Both the position numbers and the translations under genes were made by a program. The notes under the pieces are model-generated. The model did no database searches, was not told where the DNA came from, and saw only the letters and a list, made by a program, of their open reading frames with translations. A stretch of 64,000 nucleotides of DNA, from NCBI GenBank assembly GCA_013334525.1, contig JAAXXK010000009.1, forward strand, positions 6,624 through 70,623, written 5' to 3'. How positions within the stretch are numbered: the first letter of the stretch is position 1; each line of letters starts with the position of its first letter. Positions 26,170-36,062 of this stretch are shown in pieces. This DNA is from Chlorobiaceae bacterium. GTDB lineage: Bacteria; Bacteroidota; Chlorobiia; Chlorobiales; Chlorobiaceae.

Positions 26170-29100
26170 AGCTTCCCTCCATGAGAGAACATCGGAATGA
26201 GCAGGTCGTCTGCTATCGACCGGAAACGCCCGTCGAAGGGCGGCTCGTCGCCGAAGCAACGCCTTATGGCCGCATCTGCGCCTTCGCCATCACGTCCGTC
26301 ATATCCCTCATTCCAGGCCTTCAAAGCCGCGTCGATGCGAATATCATCGCTTTTTCCGGCCTTTTCAGCCCATGCGGCCGAAGATTTGGGAAAGAAGGGC
26401 AGTGGCTCCATCAACCCCTGCCAGTAAAAGCCAAGCAGCTTTGCGAGTTGGGCAGGCGCATCCTGGACGCTGCGGTATCGAACCGTGCGGTCGAGCATGA
26501 CCAGCAGGGTTTCATTCGTCCCTCCGCTGCCCGACGCATTGAGCACAAGGTGTGAGATCCATGAACGGATTCGATCGATCGCCTTTATTTTTGCACAACG
26601 GTAAAAAAGCTGATCTCCCTGCGAAAGCATCTCAAGCTTTCCGAAAATGCGGAACCCGCCGAGGTCGAGATCGATAGGCAGCTCCCCTGTAGCTCCGGTT
26701 ATCTGGAGCGCGCGCACCGTTTCCGCAAAATCCTCCACCTCTTCGAGAAGCATCCGGAACACCTGCTCCCCATGGATGGCCGGAGGCAACATTCCCCTGC
26801 TGCGCAGCAGCGGCAGGAGCATACGGGCATCCTCGCCGCGCAGCATAGTTTCGAGCATCTCCTGACGGATAAGGTAGGCGTCAAGCCCGTCCGTCCCGAA
26901 CGGCTCCCTATCCTCAAGTGGACGCACTCCCGATCCCGGCTTCATGCCAAGGCGACGTTCAAGGAAATAGGCCGAGGGATTGGCATAAAACCTTGCGAGA
27001 TCTTCAATCGTCACCGATTTCAGTTCATCTGAAGGCTCCTCAAGGGGCCCGGCAAGGAACGGGGGCGTCGCTTCTGTCGAATTTCGCCCTGCGAGCGCCC
27101 GGAAGTTCTCGGCGGAGTAACTGAAAAGTGCTGATCCTTCAGAGAAATATGCCGGATTGAACCCCTGCAGGCGATGGCGGACCACAAACCGTGAGAGCGC
27201 ATTTTCGCCTTCAGGGAAATCAAAACCTCGCTGCACGGCGTCGAGAAGTTCGCTGACCAGAACAGAGGGGGGAACATCACTGTTGTCTTTGATGCTCTGG
27301 CCAACATAGCTAATGTAAAACACATCCCTGGCAGAGAGGATCGATTCGAGAAACAGGTACCGGTCATCTCCACGCACCGAGCGGTCGCCCTTTCGAGGAT
27401 GGCTCGATATAAGATCGAACCCCGGCGGATGTTGTTGACGGGGAAAAGAGCCATCGTTCATGCCAATCATGGCCACCACCCTGAAGGGAATGCTTCGCAT
27501 GGGCAGCATTGCGCAAAAGGTGATTCCTCCCGTCATGAAGCCGAGCCCCATGTCGGCCTGTTCGAGACGTGACCTGAACCAGGCGATCATCACGGGAGCG
27601 CTGAGTTCAGCATCAAAGCTCGATTTTACTGCCTGGCCGGAGAGTTTGTCGATCTCTTCGTTGATTTTGGCGAGTTCGCGTTCCGAATCTTCGTCAGCCA
27701 GCACGAACCTTGCCAACATCCCGAAAAACAGTGTACGCCACTCTTCAAGTGTGTTTGGACGATCGAACTGGGCGGCAAGCTCATCGAGTGAATCGAGAAA
27801 GAGGGCAAGCTTGCCGAGAGGCGCGGCATCGCTTTCAACATCGAAGGGCAGAATGCCGTCGTAGAGGCGTCCCTCATCGGGCATCGCATAGCCAAGCAGC
27901 AGACGATCGAGGCCTGCACGCCAGGAATTCTCCCGGTAGGGCGGCAGATTCAGCTTTTTCCTTGCGCCCTCGTCCATGCCCCAGCGGATGCGCGTCTCTT
28001 CGATCCAGCGACGGACGGTATCGATCTCTTCGTCGTCAAACCCGAAACGGCGGCTTACCGGCGGTGTGGAAAGCAGGTCGAACAGGGCCGGTGCCGTGTA
28101 TCGGCTGCCGTAAAGATCAAGCAGCTTAACCACAGCCGATGCGATCGCCCCCTCGTTCAACAGCTTTCGGTCGGCGATCGTGTGCGGCAAGTACGGCACC
28201 CCGTCGCCGGATGTGCCAAATACCGTCGAAATGTACGGGGCATAGCTCTCTATGTCAGGCGTCATGACCACGATATCTTTGGGCTCAAGGGCCGGAAGTC
28301 GTTCAAGAAGATCAAGCAGGTTGTCGTGCAGCACCTCGACCTCGCGAAGTGCGCTGTGGCATGAATGCACCTGAAGCGAACGATCAGAAAGGGCGGGCAA
28401 TGGGTGAAGTTCATCTTCGCCGGTGCCCGTCAGGTTGAACGTGTCGGACTGAAGCGTGTGCAACAGGCTGTCGAGGCCGGGATCGGAATAGTGCTCATGC
28501 TCCAGGTGGGCTTCGTCGCCCACCTCCGACAGCATGTCTGAAAACTCCCGTCCGCTCCTTCCAAGCGACGCAAGCAGCGGATTGCCCTCCGTACTCAGTT
28601 TGCGCTGGCTTTCGCTCATTCCGGCAAGCCTTCTGCGGGATTCGATATCCGACCAGTACTCCGGGGTCGGGCTCAGCAGGAACAGGTTCACCTGGCTCTT
28701 CATGGCAACTGCCGAGAGCATCTCGATGTGGAACGGCGGCATGTAGGAGATCCCGAAAAGCGAGATCCGCTCCGGCAATACGGAAGGGCTCATGTCACGC
28801 ATGAGCTTGCGGCAGAACTCCTCTTTCAGGCTTCCCCGGTGACGTCCCTGAGATTCGGCAACCAGCCTGCGCCACAATTCTGGCTGCCAGTCAATGGTGC
28901 CATTTTCCTGTCCCAGCTCCCATGCGGCCAGCAGGTCGGGCCGGAACAGGGTGTACTGGTCAAAGGAATCGGCAATCTTGCCTGCGAGCTGGAAGAGCTT
29001 AAGCCCGTCCCTGTCGTTCTGAAGGTAGGTTCGAAGCGGTGCAAAAAGCTCCCGGGATGTAAGCCCCGGAAGGAGGCGCATGATGCTCCAGCTCATCACC

Positions 29101-29366
29101 TCTTTCGAAAACGACTCAGAATCGGGCTGCTGAAGTCCAACCATGTCGAACAACTGCTGCAGAAGCGCATTCGGAAAAGGATAGTGGCCGTTCGCCCATA
29201 TGCCGAAACGTGATGCGAGCCGCATCGAGAGCCATCGCTGCATGCCCCGGCTCTGCACCACGACCATCTCCTTGTCGAAAGGCGATTCAAGGGGATGCCG
29301 TTCGACAAGGTTGCCGAAGGCAGAAACCAGCTTTTCAAGCCGATTGCTTCTGTAGATTTCAAGCAT
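26166..29366 (-). CDS. recC: exodeoxyribonuclease V gamma subunit
   Basis: N-terminus MLEIYRSNRLEKL matches the remembered RecC start (MLRVYHSNRLDVL in E. coli). The longest ORF begins 8 codons earlier, at 29390. Confidence 0.9.
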   Translation of the reverse strand: MLEIYRSNRLEKLVSAFGNLVERHPLESPFDKEMVVVQSRGMQRWLSMRLASRFGIWANGHYPFPNALLQQLFDMVGLQQPDSESFSKEVMSWSIMRLLPGLTSRELFAPLRTYLQNDRDGLKLFQLAGKIADSFDQYTLFRPDLLAAWELGQENGTIDWQPELWRRLVAESQGRHRGSLKEEFCRKLMRDMSPSVLPERISLFGISYMPPFHIEMLSAVAMKSQVNLFLLSPTPEYWSDIESRRRLAGMSESQRKLSTEGNPLLASLGRSGREFSDMLSEVGDEAHLEHEHYSDPGLDSLLHTLQSDTFNLTGTGEDELHPLPALSDRSLQVHSCHSALREVEVLHDNLLDLLERLPALEPKDIVVMTPDIESYAPYISTVFGTSGDGVPYLPHTIADRKLLNEGAIASAVVKLLDLYGSRYTAPALFDLLSTPPVSRRFGFDDEEIDTVRRWIEETRIRWGMDEGARKKLNLPPYRENSWRAGLDRLLLGYAMPDEGRLYDGILPFDVESDAAPLGKLALFLDSLDELAAQFDRPNTLEEWRTLFFGMLARFVLADEDSERELAKINEEIDKLSGQAVKSSFDAELSAPVMIAWFRSRLEQADMGLGFMTGGITFCAMLPMRSIPFRVVAMIGMNDGSFPRQQHPPGFDLISSHPRKGDRSVRGDDRYLFLESILSARDVFYISYVGQSIKDNSDVPPSVLVSELLDAVQRGFDFPEGENALSRFVVRHRLQGFNPAYFSEGSALFSYSAENFRALAGRNSTEATPPFLAGPLEEPSDELKSVTIEDLARFYANPSAYFLERRLGMKPGSGVRPLEDREPFGTDGLDAYLIRQEMLETMLRGEDARMLLPLLRSRGMLPPAIHGEQVFRMLLEEVEDFAETVRALQITGATGELPIDLDLGGFRIFGKLEMLSQGDQLFYRCAKIKAIDRIRSWISHLVLNASGSGGTNETLLVMLDRTVRYRSVQDAPAQLAKLLGFYWQGLMEPLPFFPKSSAAWAEKAGKSDDIRIDAALKAWNEGYDGRDGEGADAAIRRCFGDEPPFDGRFRSIADDLLIPMFSHGGKL

Positions 29367-29655
29367 GACAGAAATAGGCTGCAGGTCCACTCAAGACATC
29401 ATCAGCAATTCCGCACAGATAATCACGAGCCGTCATTGGGGGCGAAGGGTCAATGCTTTCAGGATATTTCCAGACATATGGGCAGTAAATGCCAACAGTA
29501 AAGTATAATTAATGAATTCCTGTGCTTAGCCCCAAATATGGGCAGGAACTGGCAATGGCCCAGGCAGCAGCCATAACCCTAAAACCGATTTATGAATTTT
29601 CATTACATTGCATCTGCTTCGAAAATGATTTCCCAAACAGACAGATATCAATACC

Positions 29656-29835
29656 ATGGACGCAAAAGCAATTGTACTGGAGGTGCTGAAAAAAGAGGGC
29701 GAGCCGATGAGCGCCGGCCAGATAGCGGAAAAAAGCGGACTCGACCGCAAAGAGGTCGACAAGGCCATGAACGCACTCAAGGCTGAAGAGCAGATCGTCT
29801 CCCCGAAGCGCTGCTACTGGACCCCGAAACCGTAA
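29656..29835 (+). CDS. 59-aa winged-helix-like DNA-binding protein (below ORF-track cutoff)
   Basis: Hand translation: [59 protein letters not shown]. This is an HTH-like pattern, and third-codon positions are G/C-biased. Confidence 0.55.
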   Translation: MDAKAIVLEVLKKEGEPMSAGQIAEKSGLDRKEVDKAMNALKAEEQIVSPKRCYWTPKP

Positions 29836-29854
29836 GGCACAAAGCAGAAACGGG

Positions 29855-29902
29855 ATGTATGCCGCAGGAGAAGCAGGGCTGAAGCCCATCAGCGGCATAC
29901 AT
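29855..29902 (+). terminator. hairpin downstream of the small wHTH ORF
   Basis: 11-bp stem atgtatgccgc / gcggcatacat with an inner gggct-gaa-gccc stem. The trailing T-run is weak. Confidence 0.4.
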
Positions 29903-30018
29903 TTCAGCAAGGCAGCGCCAAACGGAATGCGCCCGCATATTTCCCGATTATTACCGCACGAAACTTCGTACCTTGCAGGCATAAGGCAAGCGCATCATTC
30001 AACATACAACATCCCGAC

Positions 30019-30612
30019 ATGATTCAATCTGATCGCCCGTTGCAACCACTGGCACAGGAGGAGCTTACGCAGCTCGAAACCTTCCTGACCTCCGACCAGA
30101 CCCCGGAAGACTGCATGTCGTCGCTCGAAATGATCGACGGCTACATGACGGCCATCGTCCTCGGTCCTGAAACCGTTGATGAGAAACAGTGGATTCCCTA
30201 TCTGCTCAACCCCGAAAAACAGCAGCACGATATCTTCAACTCCCCCGAACAGGCCGAAGAGATCACTGGTCTTCTAATGAGGCACATAAGCGCCATAGCA
30301 TTGCAGTTCGAGAGCGAACCAGAGGAGTTCCTGCCGATCTACGAAATGTTCAGTTACTCTGAAGATGACGAACGTGAGCTTGCCATCGAGGAGTGGGCCC
30401 TGGGGTTCATTCTCGGCATGGAGTTGGCGCATGAAGCCTGGCAGCCGCTTTTTGCAGACGAGGAGTCCGCAATGCTGGCCGGTCCGCTCTTCATCCTCGG
30501 CAGGATTACCGAAGATTACGAAGCCATGAGCCAGGATGAGCGGGACGAAATGACCAACATGTTGGACGAGTCGGTCATTCGTATCTTCGAATTCTGGAAG
30601 CAGCAATCCTGA
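30019..30612 (+). CDS. UPF0149 (YgfB/YecA-N-like) family protein
   Basis: Acidic 197-aa protein with LETFLTSDQTPEDCMSSLEMIDGYMTAIVLGPE, typical of UPF0149. Confidence 0.65.
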   Translation: MIQSDRPLQPLAQEELTQLETFLTSDQTPEDCMSSLEMIDGYMTAIVLGPETVDEKQWIPYLLNPEKQQHDIFNSPEQAEEITGLLMRHISAIALQFESEPEEFLPIYEMFSYSEDDERELAIEEWALGFILGMELAHEAWQPLFADEESAMLAGPLFILGRITEDYEAMSQDERDEMTNMLDESVIRIFEFWKQQS

Positions 30613-30640
30613 AGGCAACCGCGGTCAACCTTCAAGCCAT

Positions 30641-30671
30641 AAAAATAACAAGCCGGGCTTTTCGGCCCGGC
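30641..30671 (-). terminator. rho-independent terminator of the 30715..31194 gene
   Basis: GCCGGGC / GCCCGGC stem. On the minus strand it is followed by ttgttattttt. Confidence 0.6.
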
Positions 30672-30714
30672 CTGTCTACAAAACACCTCTCACACACAAA
30701 CATCGTCGGAAAGA

Positions 30715-31194
30715 TTAACGCCTGTTGTCATCACGGCGATCGTTATCACCCCGTGGCGGTTCCTGCCTGCGGTCATCACGACGATCCCATCTTCCGTCAC
30801 GACCCGAACGCTCACGGTCGTATCGCCCCTGATCCCTGCGATATTCAACATCGCGATAACGTCGGATATCCTCTATCCTGTGACGCCTGATCCTTGGCGG
30901 CAGGGCTCTGTCACGAATGACGATCCACGGCCCGTTGTAGTTCCTGGAACGGTACCAGGTCCCATTATTGTGGAGATAATAGAAATTGTTGTAAAGAACT
31001 ATGTCGTATGGGCTGCCATAAGAAACGGAAAATCCCTGCGAACCAAGCTGGATAAAGTCCGGGCGCCTGTCTATCACAAATGCATGTCGTGGAGTTGAAC
31101 CAATCCTGACATTTACTTCTGCCATTGCGTCGAGGGCAGGACTGGCCATGAACATGCCAGCAACACCCGCAATCATTAAAATCCTGCTTTTCAT
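30715..31194 (-). CDS. small secreted protein with Arg/Asp-rich tail
   Basis: The Met at 31194 gives signal peptide MKSRILMIAGVAGMFMASPALDAMA. Core YYLHNNGTWYRSRNYNGPWIVI. Tail RRYRDVEYRRDQGRYDRERSGRDGRWDRRDDRR. Confidence 0.65.
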   Translation of the reverse strand: MKSRILMIAGVAGMFMASPALDAMAEVNVRIGSTPRHAFVIDRRPDFIQLGSQGFSVSYGSPYDIVLYNNFYYLHNNGTWYRSRNYNGPWIVIRDRALPPRIRRHRIEDIRRYRDVEYRRDQGRYDRERSGRDGRWDRRDDRRQEPPRGDNDRRDDNRR

Positions 31195-31563
31195 CTTCGT
31201 CTCCTTGTTGTTTTTTCCGGAATCATCCAGCAGGCAGTCGATCTGGTGAAGCGTAACCTTCATTTTCCATTCCCATGTAAACCTGCCTCTATTACTTCTG
31301 ACGATTATTTTCCGGCAAAACCTGCGCAAATTATATTTTGATCTCTAATTAAATCGGATGTAACCCCGTAATGAAGCTACAAGGGTTGCCTCTTTATCAA
31401 GTTCTCACAGACGAAACGCACGATCCGGAACCTTGCGGCTTGACCGCCGATAAGCGGCCGTCCAATGACGACAGGGTTAATTCACTGTTTCAGGGTTTCA
31501 TATTTATGCCCATTTTGCCTTTTATCGACAACAGCACGTTCACCAACCACATGAACCGCCGTC

Positions 31564-31854
31564 ATGAAAAGCTCGAACATGAGTGAAAGGGATACGAAGG
31601 CCGAACCCTACCGGCCCATAGTCGAAAGAATCGTCGACAGCTGGGCGGTCGGCAAGCCGGTCAACCAGTTCTCCAACAAGGCGAACGGCTATTACAGGCT
31701 CACCAATTACCTCCTTGATTACCTGATCGAGCACAACCGTTTTCCGACTGGAGTTCACGAGATGCCGGAGGGACGCGACCGTTTCAACCAGATTGAACCG
31801 TCTTTCCCGGTGGACTTCGACATGGTTATCGGCGACGCCGTACTGCCTGGCTGA
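31564..31854 (+). CDS. hypothetical protein
   Basis: Third-codon positions are strongly G/C-biased on the plus strand. The overlapping minus-strand ORF 31540..31872 looks like its mirror frame. The start could be the Met at 31579. Confidence 0.5.
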   Translation: MKSSNMSERDTKAEPYRPIVERIVDSWAVGKPVNQFSNKANGYYRLTNYLLDYLIEHNRFPTGVHEMPEGRDRFNQIEPSFPVDFDMVIGDAVLPG

Positions 31855-31861
31855 AACCAGT

Positions 31862-32536
31862 TTAAAGCTCACTCAAGGCATCGTTCAGGAAATCGACCAT
31901 CGGCAGGGCTGCACGGCAGGAGTTGGATAGCGTGTCGATGAAATCGGATGCCATGACCTCGTTGTCGCACAGGAAGCGCTGCGTGTAATAGCCCTTGAAC
32001 TTGAGGTATCCTATAGCCGGATTTGAGTCGTCATAGCCTTTGGGCGGCCTTTTCGTTGTTCCCGATGGTTGTACGCCTTCGGGGAATTCCTTAAGCAGCG
32101 CCGGATTGGTGACGATGGAGAGCCACTCGGAATAGCGGGAATCGATGGCACGGCGGCTTTTTTCGAGCGCCGGAGGCTCCGGCATGTAGAGACCTCCTCC
32201 GGTGAACGACGCTCCGGGTTCAAGGTGAAGGTAATATCCTGCCAGAGGCCCTTTTCGACCTCCTTCGCTTACGTATGCGAAAAACCCTGTCTTGTAGGGC
32301 GTCTTGTCCTTCGAAAACCGAATGTCCCTGTAGATTCGCATGATGCAGGATTTCGGATCAAGCCTTGCTTCTGCGACCGCTGGATCGAACCCCGAAACAG
32401 ACTGTACGAACTGAACCACCGTATCGAAAAAGTCGTTATGAGCCGCCTGGTAATCGGGACGGTGAGCCTCGAACCACTCCCTCGTATTGTTGGCCTTGAG
32501 CCCTTTGAGAAAATCCAGTGTTGATTCTGTGACCAT
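31862..32536 (-). CDS. DUF2461 (TIGR02453) family protein
   Basis: N-terminus LDFLKGLKANNTREWFEAHRPDYQ and later RIYRDIRFSKDKTPYK are characteristic, as far as I remember the family. Confidence 0.7.
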   Translation of the reverse strand: MVTESTLDFLKGLKANNTREWFEAHRPDYQAAHNDFFDTVVQFVQSVSGFDPAVAEARLDPKSCIMRIYRDIRFSKDKTPYKTGFFAYVSEGGRKGPLAGYYLHLEPGASFTGGGLYMPEPPALEKSRRAIDSRYSEWLSIVTNPALLKEFPEGVQPSGTTKRPPKGYDDSNPAIGYLKFKGYYTQRFLCDNEVMASDFIDTLSNSCRAALPMVDFLNDALSEL

Positions 32537-32584
32537 GATCTTTCGCCTCCAGGTTCTTTGTTTTGTGAGAGGACGATGGAAAAA

Positions 32585-32878
32585 TTATTCCGCGATATGC
32601 TGCTTCGTGGCCAACAGGATCGCTCCGCCGGCTATATCAAGGGCAATCCAGGCCTCTCGCGGAAAATGGACGGGAGTGATGGGATTGTACACTACAGCGA
32701 AGAAGCCGTAGAGTAACGGAAAAACAGTGATCTTCTCCCCGAAGTTCAGGTTTTTGTAGGTGCCCCACCCGAAGGTACCGAATGCCACCATTCTCAGGAA
32801 AGTGTCATAAAGTTCCGGCAGAGGAAAGACGGCGAGGAACATTATCGCCGCTGTTGCATAGACTACCTGTACTGGCAT
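32585..32878 (-). CDS. small membrane protein (3 TM), unknown function
   Basis: Hydrophobic 97-aa ORF: AAIMFLAVFPL, FGTFGWGTY, FPLLYGFFAVVY, IALDIAGGAILLA. Confidence 0.55.
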   Translation of the reverse strand: MPVQVVYATAAIMFLAVFPLPELYDTFLRMVAFGTFGWGTYKNLNFGEKITVFPLLYGFFAVVYNPITPVHFPREAWIALDIAGGAILLATKQHIAE

Positions 32879-32942
32879 AATAGAGTTGATATTTTTTATT
32901 CAAAGGCATAAGGCGATAATTTCCTTTAACAGGGCAACGCAC

Positions 32943-33983
32943 TCAGAACATCGAATGGGCACCAAGCTCCTGCCCTGCCAGCCCCTCTTTCAACACCCGT
33001 CTGTAAAAATCACGAAGCGTATCGGTTCCGTACGAAGGGGTCGCATCAGCGTCGTATTTTCCGGTCGCAGGGTTAAGCACCAGCATGGACTCGGAACAGT
33101 AGTACTTCCCTATGCGTGCAAACTCGGCCTTCTCTGCAAGCTTCGGGAAGAGCTTCGAAAGCATTGTCAGCACAGGAATGATCACGTCGAAAATCTGGAT
33201 AGGGACTTTTTTGAACTTCGGTTCGCGTCCAAGAAGTTCGAAGAGCATCTCACCCTGCTGACGAGCCGTAATCGCTTTACCGGGCCCGCCGATCGGCAAA
33301 ATCCTGTTCTGCTTGTCGAGGTCTTCCAGGCAATCGGCCATGAACCGGGCAAGGTCGGCCTCGCTGATCGGCTTGCATGACGTCAACTCTCCGTTGCCGA
33401 ACATGACATAGGGCTTGCCGCCCTTCACGGCCTCTACCTGCCCAGCGATCGATTTGAAAAATGCCGTGGGACGAACTATCGACCAGGTCAGGCCTGAAGC
33501 CATCAGCTCTTTCTCGAATTTGAGCTTGGCTCGCTGGAATTCAAGGAGGGGCTTTTGCACACAGATCGCCGACAGCAGCACAAACTGTTTGGCACCGGCC
33601 ACCATGGCCACGTCAAGGGCATTGCGGGTCGCCTGGTAATCAATGGCCCATGAATCCTTTATACCTCCGTTTCGGGAGGTCAGGCATGAAACCACGACAT
33701 CAAACTGCTCATCCCGGGTACCGTTTCTTTTCAGCGATGCCTGATCGCATACATCGCCGAAACGAACCTCGGAACCTTTCAGTTCATTCCTGGTCTTGTC
33801 TGCCGTGGTCGCAGCATCGATGCCGGAACGCTCGCGAGCGAAACTGACAACATCATATCCCCTGGAGACCAGTTCCCTGACGACAAATTTGCCGATATAG
33901 CCTGTCGCCCCTACCACAAAGATCCGTTTTTGTCGATGAGCAACCGGGTTGCCTGATAGCGACGGAGTCGAAGCCGTACTCAA
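32943..33983 (-). CDS. bciA: 3,8-divinyl (proto)chlorophyllide 8-vinyl reductase, BciA/DVR type
   Basis: Long collinear identity to the remembered plant DVR sequence, e.g. VVSCLTSRNGGIKDSW.IDY and FVLLSAICVQKPLLEFQRAKLKFEKELM. Also IVRPTAFFKS, GKPYVMFG, CKPISE, LPIGGPGKA, LGREPKF.KVPI and MAGQELG. Confidence 0.8.
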   Translation of the reverse strand: MSTASTPSLSGNPVAHRQKRIFVVGATGYIGKFVVRELVSRGYDVVSFARERSGIDAATTADKTRNELKGSEVRFGDVCDQASLKRNGTRDEQFDVVVSCLTSRNGGIKDSWAIDYQATRNALDVAMVAGAKQFVLLSAICVQKPLLEFQRAKLKFEKELMASGLTWSIVRPTAFFKSIAGQVEAVKGGKPYVMFGNGELTSCKPISEADLARFMADCLEDLDKQNRILPIGGPGKAITARQQGEMLFELLGREPKFKKVPIQIFDVIIPVLTMLSKLFPKLAEKAEFARIGKYYCSESMLVLNPATGKYDADATPSYGTDTLRDFYRRVLKEGLAGQELGAHSMF

Positions 33984-34370
33984 TGGTCGATGGATTTAAC
34001 GCGTTACAAAAGCATTGCCACATAAAACGATAATATAGTGTAAAACATGAACTTGATACTCCCTTGCCTTTAACGGATTTTCTTCCGGTTATCCCCTCTT
34101 CGCTATCAAACCTCTCCAGTCATCGTCAGGGACTGTGGCCACTGACAACCATTGAGCCGCATGGGATGGGGTTTGTTTTTATTGCCAGGAAATTATGGTA
34201 AGTTCACGGCCTATTCAGTCAAACTCTACTGGACTTGACAGAAAGGATCCTTGTGCCTATTTTTTCGCCATTTCCGTGGACATCGATTTGCTTGAGGGGG
34301 TAGACTACGCTGATAGGGAAATAGACCGGAGTATCGTCGTCATTAACTCTTGAATGGAGTAATTCAGGTA

Positions 34371-35882
34371 ATGAGCACACCATCCCGCATTCTCAACAAA
34401 GCCCTGCAAGGCAAAATCATGTCAGCGGAACAAGCCGCGAACCTCATCCCGTCCGGCGTCAACGTCGGTATGAGCGGATTTACCGGTTCAGGTTATCCCA
34501 AATCCGTCCCAAAAGCGCTGGCCAAACGCATTTCCGAAGCCAACAGCGCCGGCCAGAAATTCAGGATCAGCGTATGGACCGGAGCATCCACCGCCCCTGA
34601 ACTCGATGGAGCGCTGGCAGAAGCTGACGGCGTTGAAATGCGCCTCCCCTATCAATCTGACCCGATATGCCGAAAACGCATCAATGCCGGCCAGATGGAG
34701 TACCTCGACATCCACCTCTCCCATGTAGCCCAGTTTGTCTGGTTCGGGTTCCTCGGCAAACTCGATATCGCCCTTGTAGAGGTCGCCGGCATTCTCGAAG
34801 ACGGCCGCCTTATTCCCTCCTCTTCGATCGGCAACAACAAAACATGGCTGGACCAGGCCGACAAGATCATACTTGAGGTTAACTCCAAGCAGAGCTCCCG
34901 GCTGGAAGGGATGCACGACATCTATTACGGTACCGCTTTGCCGCCGCACCGCCTGCCGATTCCGCTCGTTCACCCTGATGACCGGATCGGAGAACAGTAC
35001 TTCCATTGCGATCCGGACAAAATCATCGCCATCGTCGAGACCGATGCCCCGGACAGGAACTCCCCTTTCAGCCCACCCGATGAAAATTCAAACCTGATCG
35101 CCGGCCATATCCTCGAATTCTTCGAACATGAAGTCAAAAAAGGACGGCTCCCGAAGAACCTCCTGCCACTGCAATCAGGAGTCGGAAACATCGCCAATGC
35201 CGTCATGGCGGGGCTGAACAACGGCCCGTTCGACAACCTGACCGCCTACACCGAAGTGCTGCAGGACGGAATGCTCGACATGCTCCGTTCCGGCAAACTC
35301 TCCATGGCTTCGGCTACAGCTTTCTCCCTGAGTGACGCGGGGCTCGAAGAGTTTACCAAAAACATCGAGTTCTATCGCGACAAGATCGTCCTTCGCCCGC
35401 AGGAGATCAGCAACCATCCTGAAATCATTCGCCGCCTGGGCGTTCTTGCCATGAACGGAATCATCGAAGCCGATATCTACGGCAACGTCAACTCGACGCA
35501 TGTCATGGGAAGCGCGATCATGAACGGCATCGGAGGTTCAGGCGATTTCGCACGCAACGCCTATATCTCGATCTTCATGACCCCTTCCCAGGCCAAAAAC
35601 GGAAAGATCTCCAGCATCGTACCGATGGCCTCACACGTCGATCACACCGAACACGATGTCCAGGTGCTGGTTACTGAACAGGGACTTGCAGACCTGCGTG
35701 GCCTCTCCCCCAACCAGCGCTCAAAGGTGATCATCGAAAACTGTGCGCACCCGAATTTCAAGGATGCGTTGCTCGACTACCACAAACGCGCATACGAGCA
35801 GTCATACGGCAAGCACACACCGCACCTGCTCGAAGAGGCATTGAGCTGGCACCAGCGATTCCTTACCGATGGCCAAATGTAA
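34371..35882 (+). CDS. acetyl-CoA hydrolase/transferase family, AarC-like succinyl-CoA:acetate CoA-transferase
   Basis: Near-collinear similarity to remembered AarC: GFTGSGYPK.VPKALA, LQSGVGNIANAV, NGIIEADIYGNVNSTHVMGS, MNGIGGSGDFARN and GKHTPHLLEEALSWHQRF. ATG at 34371 with GGAG upstream. Confidence 0.85.
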   Translation: MSTPSRILNKALQGKIMSAEQAANLIPSGVNVGMSGFTGSGYPKSVPKALAKRISEANSAGQKFRISVWTGASTAPELDGALAEADGVEMRLPYQSDPICRKRINAGQMEYLDIHLSHVAQFVWFGFLGKLDIALVEVAGILEDGRLIPSSSIGNNKTWLDQADKIILEVNSKQSSRLEGMHDIYYGTALPPHRLPIPLVHPDDRIGEQYFHCDPDKIIAIVETDAPDRNSPFSPPDENSNLIAGHILEFFEHEVKKGRLPKNLLPLQSGVGNIANAVMAGLNNGPFDNLTAYTEVLQDGMLDMLRSGKLSMASATAFSLSDAGLEEFTKNIEFYRDKIVLRPQEISNHPEIIRRLGVLAMNGIIEADIYGNVNSTHVMGSAIMNGIGGSGDFARNAYISIFMTPSQAKNGKISSIVPMASHVDHTEHDVQVLVTEQGLADLRGLSPNQRSKVIIENCAHPNFKDALLDYHKRAYEQSYGKHTPHLLEEALSWHQRFLTDGQM

Positions 35883-35897
35883 GCAGTGAAAAGCAAC

Positions 35898-35947
35898 GGG
35901 GGCAGAAGCAGCATAAGCATAAAAGCTGCTCCGCCCCCCCCTTTTTT
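35898..35947 (+). terminator. rho-independent terminator after the CoA-transferase gene
   Basis: Stem GGGGGC..GCAGC / GCTGC..GCCCCC followed by T6. Confidence 0.7.
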
Positions 35948-36062
35948 GTTCAATCCCCTCTGCCTCGCACACCCGCAAACCTTTGTCATATCTGCATAAG
36001 TGACCTATCTTGATAAATAGGTGCATGACTGCTTTTTCAGAATAATTGTCAACCAGGCCATT

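Noticed and set aside
26170-26259. 30-codon N-terminal extension of recB in the track ORF
   Set aside because: The extension (MLRRRAALRRAF...) lies inside recC. The ATG at 26169 overlaps the recC stop, and helicase motif I follows at the usual distance.
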